Positions 21,426 through 34,398 of a stretch of DNA of 64,000 nt are shown in pieces. Position 1 is the first letter of the stretch. Each line of letters opens with the position of its first letter. This stretch comes from Mobula hypostoma (taxonomy: Eukaryota), in the NCBI RefSeq assembly GCF_963921235.1, contig NC_086097.1, positions 71,488,001-71,552,000 of the forward strand, given 5' to 3'. Made by a program: the position numbers and the translations under genes. The notes beneath the pieces are model-generated. The model saw only the letters and a list, made by a program, of their open reading frames with translations. It ran no database searches and was not told the origin of the DNA.

Positions 21426-24400
21426 TATTTTTAAGTGTTCTTAAGAATCTTCTGATAAAATAAAAATATGAGTCGAATTGAGAAGTTTGATTTTTATAAA
21501 CTAATCTTGAATCAATATCAAGATGCATGGAGAACTGAGAAAACATCTTCACACATGATTTATTCACAGCTCGAAGCCCATCCCTTCCAACATGAGAGCC
21601 TTTACTAACACAGTGATAATTCAGCTTTTTTTGGCCAATATCTCAACTTCCATTGCAAATAAATAACCATAAAGCATATTTTAACAGCTCAACTTCGTAT
21701 TTATAATCTGATTTAGTTATCAAGCATACAGGTTAACTACGGTGAAATGCATCATTTATGTTAACAACCAACACACCTAAGAATTTGTTGGGGACAGCTT
21801 GCAAGCATCGCCACACATTCTGGCTACAAGATAGCATGCCCACAATGCTTAGCAGAACAACACAGAACACAACAAAACAGAACACAGAGCACAACAAAAC
21901 AACATTAGCAAAGCAAGCCCCTTTCCTCCTCTCCACTTCCTTCCCACCTATGCACATACATACAGACTATCCTACAGCTCTAGAACTGGCCTCCAGACCT
22001 CTTGTCTCTAGTCTCCAGGCTTCATCTATAGAGTGTCAACTTCCAGACTTCCATATGACCTTTGACCTTTGTGCTTCAATCTTAGACATTGGCCCCTGCA
22101 CTGGGTGACAACAGGACTCCAAACTCCGGATGCACCAACTCACAGGCCCCCGGTGCTTCCTCATGCCTCCTGCTTGCACGGACAGTTGAGGCTGGGAATC
22201 ACCGACTTGAGACAGCCCAGCATCTATGGATGTCCTTTGTCACGCCTCCATATTGCTGGCTTACGAGTGGGAAGCGGATCAGCAACGCCCACATTAATGG
22301 ATTTCGAGCATGGAACAGAGGCCTAGACTGTGGAAGTCCTCCGTCACCCATCCACCGCCTGCCTTTAAATGTGGAATAAAGGAGTAATGCCCACATTGTT
22401 GGCCTTTGAGCACAGAGTAGAGGCCTTGAATACGTCTTGTGATTGTGGACAAGTAGAACTGGTTGTTTGAGAGTCCAGAGTTTGAGAGGGGAAAAAGGGT
22501 GAATGTGTTCAGCAGGATTATTAAATAAAAAGGGTACATACACGTCAGTTCTGAAGTGTTCCAGTGTTGGGAATAGATCTGGACTATGTCAGCACCAGAG
22601 GTGCGTTAGTAATATTGCTGAGATGGTTTTAAAGTTTATTTTGATTGTATGACCAGGATTAGGCTGACAACATTCAGGAACTAATGCTCGGGGTTTCAAA
22701 TGATTTTATTTGGACCCTGAAATCTAGCCATATTGCAAAAGAGTAAGATGCTTTTCAGTTGAACTAGGAGTGGGAATTTTATGTTTTGCTCACCGGGGAT
22801 AGCCAAGGATTGATTCAGTTGACACAGATGTTTGACAGTAATGGGAAGAAACACAGAAAATAAAAGCACGAGGATTCTATTAACAAAAATATTCATACAT
22901 TTAACCCAAAAGATTAGCACAAAGTGTTCTTTCAACCATCAATTGTTGTAAAGAAATTTGAAAAAGTTTCTTTTTGTAGAAATAAGCTGGGCTGAAAGAT
23001 GGAAGTAAAACTGTTTCGAAGCGAAGTCCCTCAAGTCCATAAACTGAAGGGTGCTTAGATATCACATGCCCTGTCTATACCATTATATTCAATACTGAAT
23101 AATGCATACCAGGTTTATCATATTCATTAAGCAAAAATGCTTTCATTAGTAAAGCTCTCTGTTTATTTGGAATGTTAAACTTATTTTTCTCTGCAAATAA
23201 TTTTGAAAATGAAAATACTCAAGTGATCTCTTTTTCTGACAGGTAATCTGAAGACTTTCTGGTGGATGCAGCTAATGGTTAACTTGGGAGAATTAGCCTT
23301 GATGCTTCCGGCATATTTATTCTGGCATTTTCTAATTAGAAGTGTAGAAGAATAAGGACTAAGTTATCAGTGATATGAAGGGTGGTATACAGCAGAGTTT
23401 GACCCATGTGCCATCATGGTGCCTTCTAATCAAGGAATTCACTGAAGTGGACAATAGCGCAATGTTCCAACAACAGAAAACAAAAGATGCAAAACTTTCC
23501 TTGTACTGTATAATGATATCAATATTTGCATGTTCAAGTAATTTTATTCATGACCTGAGATGTAAAGATATAGCTATTTGAGAGCACATGTGGCTGAATG
23601 CTTCAATCAACATAAAAAGTACTTTGCAGTTCAACAGCATCTTCTAAGAAACTCTCCATGGCACTAATCTCCCGGATGATTATTAATCAATAGCCTTAAA
23701 AGCCAACTTTCAGTAATGACAAATGATATAATTATCATTTGATATCTAACATTATTCAGAAAACTACCTGACAGATCCTTAAGTGCCAGAGGCAACAAAT
23801 ATTTGAGCATGTAGCTTGATATATCATATTAACAGTAACCAGTAGCATACACCTTCAAATACTTATTGAAAAATAGAGCCAATTTCAACGTATATACTGA
23901 ATGTCGCTTTAGATCAAGAAGATTTTAAAGACGTAATGCAACCAAATACTAATACATTGTCTGCATTCCTTCTGCATGCTCGTAAAACACACTTTTCTTT
24001 GTGAATTAATTATTGGCTGTTCACTTTACCTTGTATATCAGTACGGGCTCTGTGTAGGGAGAAGGTGGTCTTTAGCCACCAAGAGACTTTAAAGGAGGAT
24101 GATGTTCATGTACAACACTGTGTTTATGTACTCCCAAAAGTGTATTAAAGCTCAGATCCATAGAAATAAAAGAAAAGCCAAACAAAACAAGCATTAGACT
24201 GCAAAAAATAAAATACAGACAAGGCAAACAGGTGAGGCATTGTTTAGTTGCCTAAAGTAGATCAATATCTGTGCTTGCAAGCCAGGAATCCTACCTACTT
24301 TCCTCTGGTGCTGCAAGGATCATCTTACGGACTGCAGACAGACTGTCGCCAATATCCACTGACAGACAACCTATTCCACCTCTGCAAAATTCGTTCACAT

Positions 24401-27400
24401 CTTCATTCTTTGCGGTTCACTAAGAGAGGCTGAAGAATTTGCACCTAAATTTTCATTGCTTTTGTGCCCTTCAAAATGTTTATTTGATACTGCTTACAGT
24501 TTGCTTTGTAAGTTTTGTGCAATCAGTAGCAGCAAAACCCTAGTTCAGCTCTCTTCACTTGAATGCCAGCTTTCTTCTATGGTGAGTTGCAATTCAGTTG
24601 AAATTTCTGTAAAATAGCATGGTAATTAATTTGGCAACATTTGGTTGTAAATTGTTGATGTACTGAGAACATCATTGAGCTCTTGTGGATTCATATGACA
24701 AGAAGTTTGCAGCAAATCATGTTAGTATTTAACAAATTACTTCAGGCCTGTGAATATGATTTGAATGTGTCACTCAGTTCTGATAACCACCTGAGATTTT
24801 ATACATCAGCGGATGGCCAGAATTATCACAGCAGGAATCTCTCAATAAAGAAAAATAGATAGCCAACATTTAATCTCAACAGTAATTGTTCATACTATTC
24901 TTACTAATCGTACAAAAGTATGAAAAGTGCACAATAAATTATCTGTTCACTAGCATTAAGTAATTTACAAAAATAAAGGTGTATACTGTGTCTATTTATG
25001 TATTTATTTATTTGTATTATATACTGTATAAGTATATATGATTAAATGGAAATTCTTGTACAACGGCACTTCAATGGTACTCAGTAATTAACAGACCAAC
25101 ATATAATTTTAGAACTTATAAAAGGATCAGCAATTTTATTTTCTCACAAACACAAAAAAAATTATATTAGCAGCTGGGAAATATTAAGGATTTTTTATTA
25201 TTCATCCTGGTTATTGAAACTGGTTCCATCTACAAGAAGATGAGCAAGTGTGCCTTTCTGGCATTTGACAGACCATGTCAAACCAGAACTGTGACCAGGT
25301 TTTCACTGCTGATTATCCCTTTTGTCATGGCGGAAGTGCAATTTTCCTGTCAGATCAAAATCTTTGATTTAAATCCCTTTAAAGAAAGCATCTTAATGTA
25401 GAACATAAAATTTAAAATACTTACATCAAACTAATTGACAAAAAATGGCTAATTTTTGACAATGCAATTAGAAATCTTCATCTATAAATGCAAGGATCAT
25501 TATCCTTCTTAGTATACTGTTATTTTTCAAAAAAGTAAAAATGCAGATTAGTTATGAGATATATTAAAATTTTAAACTAATTTTATCTTTCAATCTATAA
25601 TAGATAAGTAAAGCTGTTGTAAGGAGTTGTTAATGTACACAAATTCAATTACTATTGTTTATATTTGTACACTTGCTTAATGAATTCTGATGATGACAGA
25701 TCTGAATGTTGTAAATTTTCTATGTTGCCAGATTACCATTAAAGACTATGTGATTTGAAACTACATTTTCATACTGTTTCTTCTTTTCAGTATGAAGCAG
25801 TAGTTGAAAAAATATGCCAGTAGACTCATCCTAAATTCTCCATAAAGCAGCAGTAATATCTTAAAAGCATCTTCGGTACTATATACTTCAAGGGTCACCT
25901 GCTAGGCAACTAGGTTACATAAAGTTGTTTGCTTTGCATCAAAGGGCCCCTGAAAAACATTAAGTTATATCAATACAAGCCACTTTCAATATATTACCAT
26001 AAACAGCCACTTTCAGATTTAAAAAATCAAAAACCTATTCAAATTAAGGTTTTCCATTAAGATAGCCACATGGTTTCAACATCCTGTCTTCTTTCTAAAG
26101 ACAAGTTTGATTGGAACTTCCTCAGCACTTACAGAATGACTGAACTAAATATCACTAATATTTAATTTACATTTTTCTGTTTTGTCTGTAGGGTACTGAA
26201 GTAGTCTTACAAAGGTTCGAGGTTCTTGTGTTACATTTAGTGTTAATGAGCTCTGGCAATGTGAACAAAATGTAGGATTAATACATAAAATCAGATGTGA
26301 TTAAAAGCTGCACCAGTTGGAGGGTGTTGGAAAACGTCAGTTCACTGAAAACTAATTAGTGCCTGCTATAGTACACATTACAGATAAAAGAAATCCTTGC
26401 AAAATGAGAAAATTACTTTCAACAGATGAGGAAATCTTTTAACAGGACAATTTCCCTAATCTATCTTCGCCATGGTGACACATAGTTTGTAAGTTAAAAA
26501 TCCAAAAGTCGAATGAATACAGTTATTATTTCTAAAACTATTAAAACACAGTTCAGTGGAATTTTCAGCAGTACTATTGATGCTTAATGTGTGCAAATTA
26601 TTACCAAGTAAGCCTTTAAAGGCATCATTTGTTATTTCCAACCCACATAAAATATTTGTTGTCACACACAACTACTTTATACGCTCGTGCAAGGCAGTCA
26701 TCCCCTAATATGCTTCAGTTCAAAGACAATATATGAATAAGGTTGTATGACCAATTGGACATTTTGATAAGAAGAGCTGGGGCAGACATAAGGGGTCAAT
26801 TGGCCTTCTTCTGTATTATATCAAACTGCAAATATAAAACACCTAACCTGGAATAAATCTCAGCGTGGAGACATTTGACATCCAGGCCTAGATTCTGCCA
26901 ACTATAATAATGGGAAAATGGTCTTGTTACTACACAATGAAACTGAAAGCAATATTAAGAATCTGTGGGTGCATAGATAGACATGAAAAAGGAGAATTTG
27001 AGTAGGAGTTAGTGATATTCTGTTTCTGCAGATGGTAGGTGAAGATAGAAATTTTTTGGGACTCTCTACATGGAATTCTTAATGCACAAATCCTGCTGCT
27101 AAGATGCTTTAATTTTTAAATCTTGAAACAAACCTTCATTATCGTAAAACATCTGGCTCTAAAACAAGCTTATTTTGTGTCAAGAGTTTAATTCTTTTAG
27201 AATCGTTATTTCAAAATGCCATGGTTAATTATATTTTCAAGTTTTTGATGAATAAGCTTCACTGTTAATTTCATGTATGTCCTCCTATCCTTATTTTGCT
27301 CTCTGTATAAAGCTTTAAAAGTTTGTACAAAACTATAAGGCATTCTACTTTCTGGTTTATTTTCTGGAAGGTTGCTGCTTACTAAACTGTTACTGGATAA

Positions 27401-28664
27401 TTGTGACTACCAAGTGTGTCAAAGGTGTAGTATGACTTCACTTATTGGCCTCTCATGTTAGTAATACGGGAGTCAGACACGTTGACCCAGGAGTACAACA
27501 GGAATTCCTAGGCAACATGGCCCAAGTTTCTAAGCAGGTCTCCAAAAAAAAGGAAAATTAGATGAGGAATGATGCCTCTATCACTGAAAATGCATTGGGC
27601 TAGCAAGGTGACTGAGAATAGCATTTACTCAGTTGAATTTTCTGAATGATGCAAATGATCTAGAACTGGCCCACACATGAAGAAAAAAAATATTGATTTG
27701 CAATTGCATGGAAATTAAGCTATCCAATTGCATTTGCAAGCTTAGTGATCAAATATTGCTGATGACATAGATAAGCAGCCACTGACATCACAGACCACAT
27801 TAGAACTTTGTAACAGCTTAGTAAAGATGAATGGCAAGAAGTCTTGCTTCATTGCTGTCTATAAAATCTGGACATGAATTAAATTTTAACTAATATATTT
27901 TCCACACTTAGATATTCTGTTGCTGTGGCATTGAAGTATTTATTTATCATACCTTGCAGCTTCTGATTACTTAAATTTATCTATTCACCTTATGATGTTA
28001 GACTTAAATTGCATATGGAGGATTCACTCTAGGAATTAAGACCGTTGTCTTTTCAGCAATTTAGAACGTAAACAACTGACAGGATCACATTTATTGAAAA
28101 ATATTGTAAGTGTGACCATGCAAGTTGATAGGCTTGTTAAGAAGTCATATAGTGTGTTGACCTTTATTAATCGGGGATGGGAGTGGGAAATTGAGGTAAT
28201 GTTACAGCTCTATAAAACCCTAGTTAGAACACACTTGAAATGTTGTATGCAGTCATGGTCGCCCCAATATAGGAAGGGTGTGGAAGCTTTAGAGAGGGTG
28301 CAGAGGAGATATACCAGGATGTTGCGTGGACAAGATTGCATGTCTTATAAAGATAGGTTGAGCAAGTTAGGGCGTTTTTCTTTGGACTGAGGGCCGGGGG
28401 GTGGGTGAGAGGTGACCTGATAAGGGTGTAAACGATGACATGAGGCATAGATATAGTGAATTGCTGGAGAATTTTGCCCAGGGCAGAAGTGGCTAATACA
28501 AGGGGACATAAATTTAAGATGATTGGAGGAAAGTATGGGGGTGGGAGTGTCAGAAGTAAAGTTCTTTATGCAGAAAGTGGTGAGTGTGTGGAATACCCTG
28601 CCAGGCATGGTAGTAGAGGCAGATACAATAGGGGCATTTAAGAAACTCTTAGATAGGCACATAC

Positions 28665-29305
28665 ATTCTGCCCATTATGCTGTGGGTTTTTTGGGCAGCT
28701 ATGAAGGTCCTCCATCTCTGGTGGTGTTCAGGGCTTCCTTCATCATGTCAGTCGCTTCCTCTCAGTTTTCATTATTGTTAGTCATGCAAGTCCCAGGTGG
28801 AGTCTCAGGAATGCCATCGCACTCAGATGTAGAAGGATTCTTCATTGCTGTTCCTGTAACAGGTTTGTTTTACCAGTCAGGGTTACTAAAAAAGGAAACT
28901 ACCTTTTCAACTCACAAGAGAGCACAGGCCATCAACTTTTTGCTGTTGATGTTTCTGTACCAGGCAATTTCTTTCTTTTACCGAGGTCGAGTTAGTTGCT
29001 AGCTCAACGTTCAACCCAGTACAGATGGAAAGTGTGCAAGGGAGCCGGATGGATTCGAACACGGGAGCCTTTGCTCTGAAGTCCGGCGCTGATGCCACTA
29101 CGCCACCAGCCGGCTCAATTCAGGGTTACTAGCCCAGACCTAAACTCCTGAACCTGGCGTTCCAATGAACCACTCGTAGTCTGGCTTCTACCCTTTGACC
29201 TGTTTGGCATGGATGACCCTAACAAGAGCCAAAGCCTTCAGTTAACATAGCTCCATGGGTCACTGAGGCATGCAAGCCTCCAAACCACCACATGGTTGTG
29301 GCCTT
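28665..29305 (-). mobile_element. Bipartite non-autonomous RTE (BovB/Expander-like 5' end fused to RTE 3' end)
   Basis: Minus strand starts GTGGTGGTTTGGAGGCTTGCATGCCTCAGTGACCC...AGGGTCATCCATGCCAAACAGGTCAAAGGGTAGAAGCCAGAC and ends AGATGGAGGACCTTCATAGCTGCCC...GCATAATGGGCAG; no RT between. Confidence 0.65.
28889..29119 (-). mobile_element. tRNA-derived SINE, same family as 20493-20718
   Basis: Reverse complement aligns along its length with 20493-20718; 12-bp TSD TCAGGGTTACTA (28877-28888, 29120-29131). Confidence 0.9.
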
Positions 29306-29865
29306 CATAGAAAAATGGAGAGTTATGTAGAAGAGAAGGGTTAGATTGATCTTAGAGTAAGTCAAAGGATTGGCACAACATCATGGATCAAATGGCCTGG
29401 ACTGTGCTGCAATGTTCTATCTGCCCATCCCATTTCAACTTTTAGACTCAAGAAAGGGAGATACATTTTCAATCATATGCAAATTTACAGAGAAATCGGA
29501 GAGGAACATTCCATACAAACTGGCTCTTTAAAGCATTGAAAATTGTATTATAGGCAGGAAAGGACAGGGAGGGAAATCGTAAGGACACTAAAAATACAGA
29601 ACTAATTTCACCATCTAATGATGGTCTACAGGGAGTTAATGATATTTTTACAAGACACAATTCCACAATGAATTTTATTCAGTCTATTGACTTGGGAATA
29701 GTATAGTTTGCAACAATATTTTCTAAAATCAAAAATAATAGTATGCTAATACTTAGCATTGAGTCGTATACTTGCTCTCACCTCTCACCAGGCTAACATC
29801 TTGACTGTTAACTTAAAAACCCATTACCCTTATTAATTGTCTGAAATACTGGAAAAATATAAGTA

Positions 29866-30750
29866 CAGTGGATTCCTGTTAATTGGGCCATTGGATAATC
29901 AGGACAGTGGCTTATTTGGGACCTATCCCACTTAACTGGGGCAGGACACTGTTGCTGAACAGTTTCTGGCTAGTGTCAGATGCAAGCACTTGTGTAGTGT
30001 TAGATACTACACCATGCTCAGAGTGAATCGTTTTTAAATAGCATCAGTTACGTGCACTTGTCTTCAAAAAGCATTGATATTTGTCATTGATAGCTGGCAA
30101 GAAATAAGCAGTAAGCAAATTAGAAAAGTTTTGTTCTCTGCAGTTTCAAGCATTCAGACTTGGAGATGCCAGAAACAGCCAGGAGTAAAACTAAAAGGAA
30201 TTCACTACTTCAACAAGTTAGAAACTATAAAGATTTTGAAGGTATTGACAATCATCTTGAATGTTTCAATGAAAATGAGGATTTGGAGGATACAGTTGTT
30301 GATAGCATTGCATGAAAGCAGTCCTTTATCTACACTAGGTATCTGTCAACACACATCAAAGTTGCAGGTGAACACAGCAGGCCAGGCAGGATCTCTAGGA
30401 AGAGGTACAGTCGATGTTTTGGGCCGAGACCCTTCGTCAGGACACAGTACCTGTGCTGATTTTGTTCATCTACGGTCAATCAAAAGAATGTAGCAGTCTA
30501 CAGGTACTTTAGATGAATTCCTGCGTTGATAACACTTAGGTACTAATACACAGCTTTGTAATAGTGTTGATAGGGTTTTAATTTGTTCTGTGTTTCATTT
30601 ACATACATAATTTGTAACTCAGTTAAGCAGTGGTTCGTCTTTTCTATACCTTTTTAACTATTTCCATGAAACTTCAAATAACTGGGGCAGCTGCCTAATT
30701 GGACCAAAATATACTGATCCCAATGTGTCCCAATTAACCGGTATTCACGG
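29866..30750. mobile_element. Tigger/pogo-like non-autonomous DNA transposon, second copy
   Basis: TA|CAGTGGATTCCTGTTAATTGGG ... CCCAATTAACCGGTATTCACGG|TA; internal homology to 20374-21425. Confidence 0.85.
30347..30443 (-). mobile_element. Penelope-like terminal repeat with mutated hammerhead, nested in the DNA transposon
   Basis: Matches 61-154; absent from the sister copy near 21140; core changed GAAA>AAAA and GUC>AUC (CpG-type changes). Confidence 0.85.
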
Positions 30751-31035
30751 TATTTAGTTAGTTCATCAATGCTAACAAGAAAAACTGTTGATGCTATAAT
30801 TTTACAATCCTAATTTCTATCTGCAAAGGAATAAAAGTGTTGCTTTTACCAGTTAATTCCATGAAACGATTTGCAAGTATGATGCAATACAACAGCTGCT
30901 AAAAGTGAAACTCTTAGTGGTAGTAATAGTAGCAAGTATGTTGTGAAGACAAATACAGCTTGCCGCATTCGAATTTGATTATTCACATATGTATCTCCAT
31001 ACATTCATTTTTTAATTTTAAGTGTCTACATTACA

Positions 31036-31307
31036 GTTGACCCGGCCGGTGGTGTAGTGGCATCAGCGTCGGACTTCAGGACAAAAGGTCCCTGGTTCGA
31101 ATCCAGCCAGCCGGCTCCCCTGCACGCTTTCCATCCGTGCTGGGTTACAAGCTGGTGATCTCTTTGGAAACTCACCTGGCAGAAGGCAATGGCAAACCAC
31201 TGCTGTAACTTGCCTCGTACGCGATTCCCCACTCCATCAGAGAGGCGTGGAGGGAAATCGCCTGCTAACCGGAGAAACCCCGGATGCGACGTACTTTTCC
31301 TTTTTTC
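31036..31307 (+). mobile_element. tRNA-derived SINE with RTE-5'UTR-like body
   Basis: A box TGGTGTAGTGG, B box GGTTCGAATCC; GAAGGCAATGGCAAACCACTGCTGTA motif; T-rich tail; 8-bp TSD ACATTACA (31028-31035, 31308-31315). Confidence 0.85.
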
Positions 31308-31599
31308 ACATTACATTTATCTTTCACAATGCTTTACTGCAGACCTCACACTATGATGGGAAATACAAAGAACAAATGTTATATTTTATTGTAATTACTT
31401 AAAGTCAATAGACTGGGAATTAGAAAAAAGTATTATGATGCTCCAATTCACCATCAATATTAAAAGAAGTCTGTACAAAACTGAGGGAACAGAACCAGAC
31501 TTGGCTGAGCCTATATAATTTTTTGGGAGTGCATCAAACACGTTTACTGCACCTGTGCATTTATTAGAAAGACAAATTGCATTGTATGCTATATTGGAC

Positions 31600-32072
31600 T
31601 AGAACATAAAAGTAAGGATGTAATGCTGAGACTTTATAGAGCACTGGCGAGGCCTCACGGAGTATTGTGAGCTGTTCTGGGACTCTTCTCTTAGAAAGGA
31701 TGTGATGAAACTGGAGAGGGTTCAAAGAAGGTTCACGAAAATGATTCCAGGTTTGAAGAGGTCTGATGGCTCTGGGCCTGTATTCACTAGAATTCAGAAG
31801 AATGAGGGGTGACGTCATTGAAACCTTTTGAATGATGAAAGGCCTTGACAGAGTGGATGTGGAGAAGATGTTTCCTATGGTGGGAGTGTACACAGCCTTA
31901 GAATAGAGGGGCATCCTTTTAGAAAGGAGATGAGGAGGAATTTATTTAGCCAGAGAGTGGTAAATCTGTGGAGATTGGGGCTGAGAAGAACATTAGGTCA
32001 TCCATGATGAAATGGTAGAGCAGATGTGTTGGGCCAAATAACCTACTTCTGCTGTTATTTCTTATGGTCTTA
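31600..32072 (+). mobile_element. CR1 3' fragment
   Basis: GTAATGCTGAGACTTTATAGAGCACTGG...GAGAGGGTTCAAAGAAGGTTCAC...TTTCTTATGGTCTTAT. Confidence 0.8.
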
Positions 32073-32559
32073 TATTGGAAAGAGTGCTATCCCATGTATG
32101 TTTATTAACAATGTACAGAACAGGTAGATTAGGATGTTAATCAGGATACTAAGTTGATTTGAATTTACCACTTTAGAGCTTAGCAGTCCAGCTGATTCGT
32201 TCTACTAACCTCAAACATCTTAACAAGTATACAGGAAGTTACTCCACCCATCATCTCAACTCATACCACAGAGCTCCTAAAAGGAGAACCCCTTTAATGT
32301 TCAAAGGATTCAAAAATCCATTTATTTTCAAAGTATACAACGCTGAGATTTTTCTTCTCCAGATAGCCACGAAACCAAGAAAAAAAAGAACAGCAACATG
32401 ATCACTAACCCCCTCCTCTGTACAAAATGCAACAAAAACATTGGCCCCTGTACACCCCTCTCCCTGCACAAAAAAAACTAACAAAAAAGACACAACAAGG
32501 ATATCGACCCCTAAATCCCACTTCCCTACTCAAAAAAAAACAAGAAAGAATGGGTGAAA

Positions 32560-32745
32560 ATATTTAAGACAAGTTTGGATAGATGTTTGTATAGTAGAGG
32601 AATTAAGGGTTATGGGGAAAAGATAAGAAGGTGGAGATGAGTCCATGGTCTGATCAGCCACAATCTTATTGAATGGCAGAGCAGGCTCGATGGGCCAGAT
32701 GTCCTACTCCTGCTCCTATTTCTTATGTTCTTATGTTATGTTCTA
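32560..32745 (+). mobile_element. CR1 3' terminal fragment
   Basis: GATGGGCCAGATGTCCTACTCCTGCTCC followed by (TTCTTATG)n tail. Confidence 0.8.
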
Positions 32746-33459
32746 ACATAAAAAACTATAAGACTGATAAATATCCATAGTCCATATCCATATCCATATT
32801 CATATCCAAAACACAGAAAACATCCTCCAGTTACCGTGGCAAGCCAATCAGGCTTCCCTCTCTGGCAGCAGAACAATTCCACCGGTGATCAAAAGGCAGG
32901 CAGCCGGCGTTCGCCTCGATGTTTCTATCTCCCTCTACAAGATCATTATCTCTGCTTTTTCTGCCATTCTGTAGAGTAATTGGTGTCGTATACCATAGCT
33001 CAAGTTGCAAACGTTCTCTGGCAGCAGTGAAGCAGACACTGAAAGTGCTCTATGCTGTCTGCAGAGCTCCTCCAAAACATGGGCATCATTTTTCATTCCC
33101 GTGGACCGACAAAGTGAGCGGAGGGCATGCAGAATAAGAAGAATTGCTGGAGGAGGGAGTAGGTAATCATATGTGCCCACCTGGCTCAGGAAATTATCCT
33201 CCTGCCTTAAAGCTCATTAAGGAACAACTTGAGTCTAACGTTTCAGTTATCACCCAACAGATTTCTTCTCCTGTGATTTTGTACTCTTGCACCTTATCAA
33301 CCAACTGTTTACACCAATGTATTCTACTCCACCTTCAACACCTTCATAGACTGCAAATTCCAAACATTAACTGAGATCAAGCAACTTTGTCTAATGCTAA
33401 TGACCAGTGCAAGGGTTTCAGCACAATGCAAAGGTGTGGTTCAATTAAGCAACAACTAA

Positions 33460-34398
33460 GGCTACATACACACTGGATAATTTTGAAAATGCCAGTTTCG
33501 CGCAAAAACGACAGGCGTCCACCCACCAGGCATTTTTGAAAATACCTCCATCCCCATTAAAACGGATATTTGGGCGAATCTCCTCCTACTGGGCATGTAC
33601 AGGACACACAGAAAACAAACGAAGAGGAAACGGTATACTAGGTACGCGTTTGTCCAGTTACAGACTAGAAAAACTTTAAAGGAAATTGCCAGACAAAAGA
33701 CCGTGCAGGTTTGTCCAGTTACAGACTAGAAAAACTTTAAAGGAAATTGCCAAACAAAAGACTTGGTGCGCATTCGTCCAGAAACATTTCCTACAGAACA
33801 TAGTCTCTTCCCCGATGAAAGGGACGACAGATACAACTAAATGCAATAAGGCTTGTTACGGAGCAAAAGTGAAATTTGCTGTTACATCATTTGATTGCCT
33901 TTACTCTTGTCATGTCTTTCTGTATTATTTTGCTGTATTTAACATGTGCAATAAAACAAATTACTGGGCAAAAGTGACAATTGCATCCATTGAATGTTTG
34001 CACAAGCAATACATTAATAAAGCACCTTGTTAAATGTATAAAACATGTCTGTATTAGTGTTATCTTGTATTTCCATACAATGCTACATTAGGATGTTACA
34101 CATCTATTGTCAGATATTGTTGTTGTGGTGTTGGAGGTTGTGTTCAAGAAAACCATGAAATGCTGCACAGCCACCACCATTTGTTCCGGCACGTCATGAC
34201 AGTGTTTTTAAAATTAGCTGGTTACCCCATACACACTACAACGGCCAACCGGCGTTTTCAGATTTAAACACTCCGTGGAGTGTTTTAGAAAAGATCCGTT
34301 TTCGGGGGATGAAAACGCCGTTTCAGTGTGGACGGAGGGTCAAAACGAAGAGAAAAAGCTTCGGTTGCGGATTTATCCGGTCTAGTGTGGACGTAGCC
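33460..34398. mobile_element. PIF/Harbinger-like non-autonomous DNA transposon
   Basis: TAA|GGCTACATACACACTGGATAA ... TTATCCGGTCTAGTGTGGACGTAGCC|TAA: imperfect TIRs with a 3-bp TAA TSD. Confidence 0.85.
33648..33762. repeat. Tandem duplication, 61-bp period
   Basis: GTTTGTCCAGTTACAGACTAGAAAAACTTTAAAGGAAATTGCCA(G/A)ACAAAAGAC starting at 33648 and 33709. Confidence 0.95.

Larger units (their letters stand above)
28100..29420 (+). mobile_element. CR1 3' fragment carrying nested insertions (CR1 parts ~28100-28662 and ~29312-29420)
   Basis: 'VMLQLYKTLVRTHL..WSPQYRKGVEALERVQRR', 'VVSVWNTLP..GAFKKLLDRH'; 3' end GGCCTGGACTGTGCTGCAATGTTCTAT resumes after the insert. Confidence 0.85.

Noticed and set aside
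33648..33762. Direct repeat that might suggest a CRISPR array
   Set aside because: Two adjacent units inside a MITE in eukaryotic DNA; no spacers and no cas genes.
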